A model generated the notes under the pieces. The model was given only the letters and a program-made list of their open reading frames with translations, had not been told where the DNA came from and ran no database searches. A DNA stretch of 22,986 nt, taken from contig NW_021836624.1 of the NCBI RefSeq assembly GCF_006345805.1, forward strand, positions 1-22,986, written 5' to 3'. Source of the stretch: Octopus sinensis (lineage: Eukaryota). This document shows, piece after piece, positions 1-8,882 of this stretch (its first letter is position 1; each line of letters starts with the position of its first letter). Position numbers and translations under genes: made by a program.

Positions 1-120
1 TCTACCAAATCTATTCACAATGCTTTGGTCGGCCTGAAGCTATAGTAGAAGGTGCCACGCAGTGGGACTGAAACCGGAGCCATGTTGTTGGGAAGCAAGT
101 CACTTACCACACAGCCATGG
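1..120 (-). mobile_element. tRNA-derived SINE family A, 5' head (cut by window edge)
   Basis: The reverse complement reads ATGGCTGTGTGGTAAG...GGTTTCAGTCCCACTGCGTGGCACC...GGATTTGGTAGA-like, homologous to the copies at 226, 3115 and 13515. It has a small internal deletion. Confidence 0.85.
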
Positions 121-225
121 CATATAAATAAATATATGCAGTGTGTAATGCATATATATTTATGTGGCATACACACACACACCACACACCACACACACAC
201 ACACCACACACACATATATATATAT

Positions 226-583
226 GGAGTGGCTGTGTGGGAAGTAGCTTGCTAACCAACCACAACGGTTGCGGGTTCAGTCCCACTGCGTGGCATCTTT
301 GGGCAAGTGTCTTCGCTATAGCCCCGGGCCGACCAATGCCTTGTGAGTGGATTTGGTAGAGACGGAAACTGAAAGAAGCTGTCGTATATATGCATATATA
401 TGTGTATGCGTGTGTTTGTGTGTCTGTGTTTGTCCCCCTAGCATTGCTTGACCACCGATTCTGGTGTGTTTAGGTCCCCGTCACCTAGCGGTTCGGCAAA
501 AAGAGACCGATAGAATAAGTACTAAAAGGTGGTGCTCCAGCATGGCCGCAGTCATGACTGAAACAAGTAAAAGAGTAAAAGAG
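226..583 (+). mobile_element. tRNA-derived SINE family A, near full length, with internal (TA)/(TG) microsatellite
   Basis: Head GGAGTGGCTGTGTGG with B-box-like GGTTCAGTCCC, a CORE-like TTGGGCAAGTG segment, and 3' end CCAGCATGGCCGCAGTC...GAAACAAGTAAAAGAGTAAAAGAG. Three further homologues lie in the window. Confidence 0.9.
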
Positions 584-675
584 TATATATTATATATGTA
601 TGTATGTATGTATGTATGTCTATATGTATGTATGTATGTATTATGTATGTATGTATGTAATGTATGTATGTATAT
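584..675. repeat. (TATG)n microsatellite
   Basis: Tandem TATG read directly, abutting the SINE 3' end. Confidence 0.95.
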
Positions 676-1109
676 TAAAATAGTTGAATAAACCGTATCA
701 AAAATAGGATAACAACAAAAATGAATGATTGGACAGTGCCTTGCCTGTCTGTCTGTCTGTCCCGGTATAAAAACACGTCATGTGCGTTCTCCTCTTGTTA
801 TACACACATGATAGCTACTTTTTTCTCGTTATTGTTATAGTTTTCATTTATTAAAAAAAAAACATCCTTTATATTCGTATTGAGGACGAGGTCAAGCTAT
901 GCTTTTCCGTCTTTTTTTCACCTCTTTATTGAATATTTGTTGTTAAACCTCACTTTTTATATATCTCCACTGAGGCGTTCCATACTTTGACCCACTCTCG
1001 ATCACCTTCTCTCTCAGCACCACCCTTTCTCACTGTCTTTATCTCTTTCTCTTCTCTACCTATCTCTCTATCTCGCCTCCCCCTTTCTTTCTCTTTTTAC
1101 ATGGCTCTT

Positions 1110-1423
1110 CGCATACATATAACTCAGATGAATATATGTCTACTTATGTACTTACACGTATACATATACACGTACTTGCACGTACGTACGCACACATACA
1201 CTAACTACACACACTTCTCACAAGCAAACGTGTGCACACACATTATAAACCGGCTCAACCACACAATTACATATGTATGTGTATTTTTTTTGTGTATCTG
1301 TGTTAACACAAAATGTGTATGTATGCGTATGCATATATTTATATAGTGTATGTGTATGTATATATAAATATATATGCATATAGTTATATAGTGTATGCGT
1401 ATGTATATATATAAATTATATAG

Positions 1424-1488
<65 letters not shown>

Positions 1489-1630
1489 CTGATAGATGTA
1501 CTGATATGTATGCACCACACACACACACACACACACACACACAACAACATATATATATATATACTGATGGATATAGATATATATACGTATATACATATAC
1601 AAAAACCCACCTAAGTTATATCCATATATA
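1110..1630. repeat. Compound (TA)n/(CA)n/(TATG)n low-complexity tract
   Basis: Read directly; explains the spurious I/Y/C/V-rich ORFs here. Confidence 0.9.
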
Positions 1631-2040
1631 TGAAAGAGAGAGAGGGGTGTGGTGGGAGTAGAAGTATTAGTCATGTTTCAAGTATGTTGTATTATTTAAA
1701 TAAAACCGATGGCCGACAACGGCCACCTAACCGACCAGCGACTGCTACTGTATACAACACAAATATGATCAAACAAACTATACTGGATAGATATATATTT
1801 GAAGTGTTAAACTCATTTTTTTTTTACTTATTCAATGCGAAGAGGCGTGGAATTTTACATATCTTTGTAGACCTTCCCACGCTGGTGAGGTCAGTGTGTT
1901 TAACTTGAAGCTCTGTTAGTTTCTGTTTTGGGTGAAATGCGGAATCCGAAGAAAACCGATGAGGCTTTACACTGGGATGTTTGTTCAGATTAGCTTTCCA
2001 TGATCGGTGTTCCACAGTTTGTTAAATGTGAAGAGCAAAA

Positions 2041-2595
2041 ACCTATTTCTTTACTACCCACAAGAGGCTAAACACAGAGAGGACAAACAAGGACAGACGA
2101 ACGGATTAAGTCGACTATATCGACCCCAGTTCGTAACTGGTACTTACTTAATCGACCCCGAAAGGATGAAAGGTAAAGTCGACCTCGGCGGAATTTGAAC
2201 TCAGAACGTAGCAGCAGACGAAATACCTATTTCTTTATTGCTCACAAGGGGCTAAACACAGAGAGGACAAACAAGGACAGACGAACGGATTGGGTCGATT
2301 ATATCGACCCCAGTTCGTAACTGGTACTTATTTAATCGGCCACGAAAGGATGAAAGGCAAAGTCGACCTGGGCGGAATTTGAACCCAGAACGCAACGGCA
2401 GACGATATACCTATTTCTTTACTACCCACAAGGGGCTAACCACAGAGAGGACAAACAAGGACTGACGAACGGATTAAGTCGATTATGTCGACCCCAGTTC
2501 GTAACTGGTACTTATTTAATCGACCCCGAAGGGATGAAAGGCAAAGTCGACCTCGGCGGAATTTGAACTCAGAACGTTGCAGCAGACGAAATACC
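2041..2595 (-). repeat. Three tandem 184-bp monomers derived from SINE family B (headless)
   Basis: Units 2041-2224, 2225-2408 and 2409-2592 each start ACCTATTTCTTTA and end GACGAAAT or GACGATAT. The minus strand carries B-box GAGTTCAAATTCC and GTCGACTTTGCCTTTCATCCTTTCGGGGTCGAT, which resembles the Meta/MESC SINE domain (from memory). Confidence 0.92.
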
Positions 2596-2660
2596 ACATC
2601 AAAAACCGTTATAGTAGTTGTAAAATATAGAGCAGGAGGATGTGCTTTAGTTACTCCCAT

Positions 2661-3060
2661 TGTCGTCGTCATCCTCATCGTCATCGTTGTTGTTGTTCTT
2701 CTTCTTTCAATCAGGACTCACGCCATTAGCCACAAAGAATAATCTCTAATTCGAGCCTACTCTAAGCTACTAAGAGTGCATGTGGCAACTTGAAGATCCA
2801 CCCACCGCACGCGATAGACTGGCGGTTGCACGGGCGCGAAAGCTACGTCGTTATCCTCATTCCATAAACGGTGGCTTTTAACGGGTTGAGAGCTGAACCA
2901 TCCTGTGGCACAGAGGACTCGCAATCTAGACTAGGGTCTGAAAGTTTACCACACCATAGTGGGTTACCCCATGGTTCCTCTGGTTTGTGGCGGAAGTAGG
3001 AAGTAAGAGTGAGAGAAAGTTGTGGTGAAAGAGTACTGCGGGGTTCACCACCCCCACCCC
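2661..3060 (-). mobile_element. 5'-truncated SINE family C variant with (GAA)->(AAC/GAT) tail
   Basis: 2708-3060 is the reverse complement of ~11600-11956 (e.g. GGATCTTCAAGTTGCCAC, TTATTCTTTGTGGCTAATGGC, GAGTCCTGATTG). The degenerate trinucleotide tail is at 2661-2707. Confidence 0.85.
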
Positions 3061-3114
3061 GTTGTTGCTGTTGTTGTTTGAAAGCAGCAGATTTTCCTTT
3101 TTGTGTTTGTTTAC

Positions 3115-3334
3115 CCTTTTTTTTTACTTGTTTCAGTCATGCAACTGTGGCCATGCTGGAGCACCGCCTTTAGTCGAGCAAATCGACCCCAGGACTTATT
3201 CTTTGTAAGCCTAGTACTTATATTCTATCAGTTTCTTTTTCCGAACCGCTAAGTTACGGGATGTAAACACACCAGCATCGGTTGTCAAGCAATGTTAGGT
3301 GGACAAACAAACACACACACACACACACACACAT

Positions 3335-3377
<43 letters not shown>

Positions 3378-3544
3378 CATATACACGACGGGCTTCTTTC
3401 AGTTTCCGTCTACCAAATCCACTCACAAGGGTTCGGTCGGACCGAGGCAATAGTAGAAGACATTTGCCCAAGGTGCCATGCAGTGGGAATGAACCCAGAA
3501 CCATGTGGTTGGCAAGCAAGCTACTTACCACATAGCCACTCCTG
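3115..3544 (-). mobile_element. tRNA-derived SINE family A, full length
   Basis: Reverse-complement homology to 226-583 and 13515-14016 over head, internal (CA)n(TA)n and tail. Confidence 0.9.
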
Positions 3545-3849
3545 TTTTTTTTTGTTTGTTTTTTTTGGGGGGAAGACGTTCCATCTACGATAACCTGGCT
3601 TTAGATATCTGAGACTACAATATCCAGTGGAAACTTATTTCAATATGGCAGATTAACGTTACAATTATTTCACAAAAGAAAGATTCACTAACAATAAAAG
3701 TTTCGACACGGTCGTTTGATCCTCCGTAATAACTATACCACACAAATCTCCGTCACATCTCATCCCACTGTCTCAAGTATGGAAACTATATATTGAACGT
3801 TTCTTGCAAATTTAGGGAACATCGTTTATTTTCCGACCGTGAATCTTTG

Positions 3850-4402
3850 CTCCTAACGGTATGAATACTCACTCCTATTTCCTCTAAACCGGCCACTCAC
3901 ACAATCTCCTTTCTTTATCTCCAAAATTTAATTAGATGAATTTCTGAGGCAATAACAATCGGGGGTTGAGGTAGCAGCGATGTTTGGAAAAACGCTTGGA
4001 TCTAGAAGTTCTGATATTTCTGGATCCTAACGGCAAATCGGTTATGAATAGCGAAAAAGAAAGGGTCATTGCTTTCAGATTAGTAGTCATCTATTTCCCG
4101 ACCAGTGAAGAGGGTCCGAACTTTCTCTGACATCTAGAAGCGTCCTGGGGGAACTCCTTGCCTCTTACTATTACTAGGGCACTGGAATGAGAGTTCAGAC
4201 GCTCCCGAGTAGGGATGGTGAGGTTAGAGGAAAGGTGATAGGTTATTAAAGTCTCGTAAACATGATCAAATAGTTCAAGTTTTGTGACAGATACTGATAT
4301 GGTTTCACATATTCACCGAAAGAAACATGATGCAACCATATGCAGATATCCAGGTAGTGTCTAGAAAGAGAATTTTTAGGTCACTAGTTACCGCGAGCGA
4401 GT
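3850..4402 (+). pseudogene. Decayed Tx1/L1-clade LINE ORF2 apurinic-like endonuclease fragment
   Basis: Colinear degenerate motifs across stops and frameshifts: LDLEVLIFLDPNGK...AFRLVVIYFP (3996-4100), LLGHWN (4171-4188, cf. GDWN), LVNMIK*FKFCDRY* (4253-4297) and SR*CLER (4349-4369, cf. SYLDR). The 5' boundary is approximate. Confidence 0.7.
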
Positions 4403-4744
4403 CTGAGACCCGCTTCGGTCACGACACAGACCATGGGATTGTACCAAGAAAGTTACCCTCCCAGGCACAAGTCCGGGCAAGATTGTTTATGGAAGACCAA
4501 CAGTCGCCTATGTATACCAGCCTCCCCTCTCCGCGTCACCAGTGTTATCCAAGGGAATGGCAAAGGGGCCGATACTGCTTGGCACCTGTGACGTCGCAAC
4601 TCATTTCTACAGCTGAGTGAACTGGAGCAACGTAAAATAAAGTGTCTTGCTCAAGAACACAGCACTCAGCCCGGTCCGGGATTCGAGCTCACAACCTCAC
4701 GATCTTAAGCTCGACGCTCTAACCACTGAGCCATGCGCCTTCAC
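4403..4744 (-). mobile_element. tRNA-derived CORE-like SINE family D with target-site duplication
   Basis: A box TGGCTCAGTGG (4723-4733), B box GCTCGAATCCC (4678-4688) and CORE-like TTGAGCAAGACACTT...CACTCAGCTGTAGAAATGAG. Flanked by GCGAGCGAGT (4393-4402) and GTGAGCGAGT (4745-4754). Confidence 0.88.
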
Positions 4745-5065
4745 GTGAGCGAGTGGTATCCACAAATTTAATCGTCGGTGACATGTAATCAAAATTGTAC
4801 ACCTATATAGAAAGTGTGGATATCGACCCAGCAATTGAAAGCAGAGCTTATTGATTCTGCTGAACAGTACATACAACGATTAAAGTATTAGCTAAGTGAC
4901 AGCTGATGGGGTTGATGGTCAAAAACCGGTAGTGGGGCGCTATTCAATGGGCTCAACTGACAGGGGTACACCATATCAGTAGAAAAAAAATGCGTCAAAT
5001 ACTGACCTGGTATCGTATAACCCCACCCCCACTTAAAACCGTTTAACAGAAAGCATTAGTAAAGA

Positions 5066-5215
5066 AAGGCGGTAAACTGGCAGAATTGCTACAGCTTCAG
5101 AAAATTCTTGTGTGGTATTTGTTCCGACTCTTTACATTTTGATTTCGAATACTACAGAGGTGAATATTTATTTTCATATCTCTGAAAACTTGTCAAATAT
5201 TGAGATGGGTAACAT
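5066..5215 (+). mobile_element. Old degenerate SINE family B copy
   Basis: AAGGCGGTAAACTGGCAGAAT head and colinear decayed body relative to 12547-12700. Confidence 0.5.
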
Positions 5216-5274
5216 TGATTAAACCCTTCCTAAAGAATTGACGTTTTGTGACCGAAGTTAGAAGTATTATTATT

Positions 5275-5660
5275 TCTTTTTTCCTTCTTTCTTCAAATTT
5301 TCTTCCGTTTCTCGCCGTGTGTTTTCCATACACCTAGAGCAGAGAAGCTCATAGTATGCATTCCCGGATTACACACGCAAATTCACAGGTAAAATATGTA
5401 TTTAAAAATTAATAAATAAATAAATTCATGAATGGATGTTGTTTTCAAAGAGAAATTCTCTTCTCAGTACATGAGCCGTTCCAGTTAACACGATTTTTTG
5501 CACTTCCTGTAGGGATGGTAAGCCTGGTATCATTTTCAAATAGGTTTCAGTACCTTTTTTATCATTCCTAGAGATCCTACAATCATTGGTACTGTAGTCG
5601 CCTTGAGATGCCACATTTTTTCAATTTCTATTAGCAGGTCTTTATATTTACTAATCTTGT
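5275..5660 (-). pseudogene. 5'-truncated R4/Dong-clade non-LTR retrotransposon 3' end (restriction-like endonuclease C-terminus plus 3' UTR)
   Basis: KISKYKDLLIEIEKMWHLKATTVPMIVGSLGMIKK, a 1-nt frameshift near 5557, then GTETYLKMIPGLPSLQEVQKIVLTGTAHVLRR. This matches the K..KY...IGALG...LR C-terminus of R4-clade ORFs. (AAT) repeats lie on both sides. Confidence 0.8.
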
Positions 5661-5673
5661 TATTATTATTATT

Positions 5674-6219
5674 GAGTGAGAGAGCAGTGCATGCCATCAA
5701 AGTGACACTGGGGTAAAATATACGAAGCCCAGTATATCCATCATGACTACCCGTCTGATAAAGGTACACTAGGCACATGCATCACAACCATATGTGCGCG
5801 ACATAGTGATCTCACATCAAGATAAACAGCGCATGACCCTGCAGGTGGGACCCAGTTGGAATTTTTTTCAGGTCGAGTAGCCCATCCCGCTCAAAAGGTC
5901 CCTGAGTAAGGGTTGTTTAAGGATGTTGAATGAAACACCCATGTTTCCAGAGGTGAATTATTCAAACCCCTCATAATTCCTCTCAACACACGGCTATGAT
6001 TCTCCCCCACTACTTCTGCTCATGATCAGGAATGCACATATCGTCAGCCACTAAGGGACATGCTCAACTGGCTACGGTCAAACGACTGACAAGCAAATCT
6101 ATGGTGCTAAGCAGAATATTTGCTGTAGCCCATCTTTTATACTAAGACAAAACAATGTACATAATAATAATAATAATGATAATAATAATAATAATTATTA
6201 TTATTATTATTATTATTAC

Positions 6220-6253
<34 letters not shown>

Positions 6254-7352
6254 GAGTGAGAGAGCAGTGCATGCCATCAAAGTGACACTGGGGTAAAATA
6301 TACGAAGCCCAATATACCCATCATGACTGCCGTCTGATAAGGGTACACTAGGCACATGCATCACAGCCATATGTGCGCGACATGGTGATCTCATATCAAG
6401 ATAAACAGCGCATGACTTTGCAGGTGGGGCCCAGTTAGAATTTTCTTCAGGTCGAGTAACCCATCCTGCTCAAAAGGTCCCTGAGTAAGGGTTGTTTAAG
6501 GATGTTGAAAGAACCACCCATGTTTCCAGAGGTGAATTATTCAAACCCCAAAGAATCCCTCTCAACACATGGCTATGATGGTCCCCCACTACTTCTGCTT
6601 GTGATCAGAGATGCACATATCATCAGCCACTAAGGGACATGCTCAACTGGTTACGGTCAAACAACTGACAAGCAAATCTGTGGTATTGAGCAGAATATTT
6701 GCTGTAGCCCATCTTTTATACCAAGACAAAAAACAATGTACATGATAACACTTCCAATCAGTTAAGATCAGAAGCCATGAGAGCCACTGCCTGGTACTGC
6801 ATCAGGGATTATTATTATTATTATATTATTATTATTGAGTGAGAGAGCAGTTCATGCCATCAAAGTGACACTGGGGTGAAATATACGAAGCCCAATATAC
6901 CCATCATGACTACCCGTCTGATAAGGGTACACCAGGCACATGCATCACAACCATATGTGCGCGACATGGTGATCTCATATCAAGATAAACAGCACATGAC
7001 CTTGCAGTTGGGGCCCAGTTAGAATTTTCTTCAGGTTGAGTAGCCCATCCCGCTCAAAAGGTCCCTGAATAAGGGTGTTTAAGGATGTTGAAAGAACCAC
7101 CCATGTTTCCAGAGGTGAATTATTCAAACCCCTCATAATTCCTCTCAACACACGGCTATGATTCTCCCCCACTACTTCTGCTCATGATCAGGAATGCACA
7201 TATCGTCAGCCACTAAGGGACATGCTCAACTGGCTACGGTCAAACGACTGACAAGCAAATCTATGGTGCTAAGCAGAATATTTGCTGTAGCCCATCTTTT
7301 ATACTAAGACAAAACAATGTACATAATAATAATAATAATGATAATAATAATA

Positions 7353-7421
<69 letters not shown>

Positions 7422-7972
7422 GAGTGAGAGAGCAGTGCATGCCATCAAAGTGACACTGGGGTAAAATATACGAAGCCCAATATACCCATCATGACTGCCG
7501 TCTGATAAGGTACACTAGGCACATGCATCACAGCCATATGTGCGCGACATGGTGATCTCATATCAAGATAAACAGCGCATGACTTTGCAGGTGGGGCCCA
7601 GTTAGAATTTTCTTCAGGTCGAGTAACCCATCCTGCTCAAAAGGTCCCTGAGTAAGGGTTGTTTAAGGATGTTGAAAGAACCACCCATGTTTCCAGAGGT
7701 GAATTATTCAAACCCCAAAGAATCCCTCTCAACACATGGCTATGATGGTCCCCCACTACTTCTGCTTGTGATCAGAGATGCACATATCATCAGCCACTAA
7801 GGGACATGCTCAACTGGTTACGGTCAAACAACTGACAAGCAAATCTGTGGTATTGAGCAGAATATTTGCTGTAGCCCATCTTTTATACCAAGACAAAACA
7901 ATGTACATGATAACACTTCCAATCAGTTAAGATCAGAAGCCATGAGAGCCACTGCCTGGTACTGCATCAGGG

Positions 7973-8003
<31 letters not shown>

Positions 8004-8554
8004 GAGTGAGAGAGCAGTTCATGCCATCAAAGTGACACTGGGGTGAAATATACGAAGCCCAATATACCCATCATGACTACCCGTCTGATAAGGGTACACC
8101 AGGCACATGCATCACAACCATATGTGCGCGACATGGTGATCTCATATCAAGATAAACAGCACATGACCTTGCAGTTGGGGCCCAGTTAGAATTTTCTTCA
8201 GGTGAGTAGCCCATCCCGCTCAAAAGGTCCCTGAATAAGGGTTGTTTAAGGATGTTGAAAGAACCACCCATGTTTCCAGAGGTGAATTATTCAAACTCCA
8301 AAGAATCCCTCTCAACACATGGCTATGATGCTCCCCCACTACTTCTGCTCGTGATCAGAGATGCACACATCGTCAGCCACTAAGGGACATGCTCAACTGG
8401 TTAAAGTCAAACAACTGACAAGCAAATCTGTGGTATTGAGCAGAATATTTGCTGTAGCCATCTTTTATACCAAGACAAAACAATGTACATGATAACACTT
8501 CCAATCAGTTAAGATCAGAAGCCATGAGAGCCACTGCCTGTACTTCATCAGGGC
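5674..8554 (-). mobile_element. Tandem array of five copies of a ~550-bp non-coding element separated by (ATT)n
   Basis: Copies at 5674-6162 (truncated), 6254-6807, 6837-7324 (truncated), 7422-7972 and 8004-8554. All share the end GAGTGAGAGAGCAG next to (ATT)n. The strand is inferred from the fixed end (3') versus the variably truncated end (5'). Confidence 0.9.
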
Positions 8555-8613
<59 letters not shown>

Positions 8614-8632
8614 TATTATTATTATTATTATT
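8555..8632. repeat. (ATT)n microsatellite
   Basis: Read directly. Confidence 0.95.
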
Positions 8633-8882
8633 CTATGCTTGACTTTTGCTTTATATTTGAGACATGGTTCTCCTGGGATATTACCTAGATATTTCTAACA
8701 TCTCTTTCTTATCATATCTAGGGAACCCACAATAAGAGGAACAGTTCTCGCTTTAAGATGCCACATCCTTTGTATTTCAATTTCCAGATCCTTATACTTA
8801 CTTAATTTATCAAATTCCTTTAAGATATATTTTTATCAGTGGGAACATTTACATCTATTAGTCTTCAAATATTTTCTTCTCA
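8633..8882 (-). pseudogene. Second R4/Dong-clade RLE-domain fragment
   Basis: LIDVNVPTDKNIS / KEFDKLSKYKDLEIEIQRMWHLKARTVPLIVGSLDMIRK...GNIPGEPCL with a frameshift and a stop. It overlaps the 5275-5660 fragment in homology, so it is a separate copy. Confidence 0.8.

Noticed and set aside
1824-2036. Non-repetitive-looking stretch with a 63-aa minus ORF and some splice-like words
   Set aside because: No recognisable domain and no convincing acceptor/donor pair in an open frame.
4327-4620. ORF containing DTDHGIV and a nearby WKTN, resembling the final endonuclease SDH and WKFN motifs
   Set aside because: Those codons (4426-4501) lie inside the antisense SINE bounded by a target duplication, so the resemblance is coincidental.
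4768-4920. LIVGDM*SKLYTYIESV, a possible second endonuclease GDxN segment
   Set aside because: Too short and degraded to distinguish from chance without a profile search.
5536-5778. 80-aa ORF joining the TAA element to R4 endonuclease sequence through poly-Asn
   Set aside because: A chance in-frame junction across (AAT)n; it frameshifts within the R4 part.
8535-8554. Element 5' end CCTGATGCAGTACCAGG resembles U2 snRNA stem-loop IV; the variant in unit 5 reads CTGATGAAG
   Set aside because: Only ~10 nt of similarity, no other U2 features, and no matching GAAA or helices for a hammerhead.
2041-8554. Regularly spaced repeats as a possible CRISPR array, and tRNA-like heads as tRNA genes
   Set aside because: Units are 184-550 bp with no unique spacers in a eukaryotic context; the heads continue into SINE bodies and lack complete cloverleaf 3' halves.
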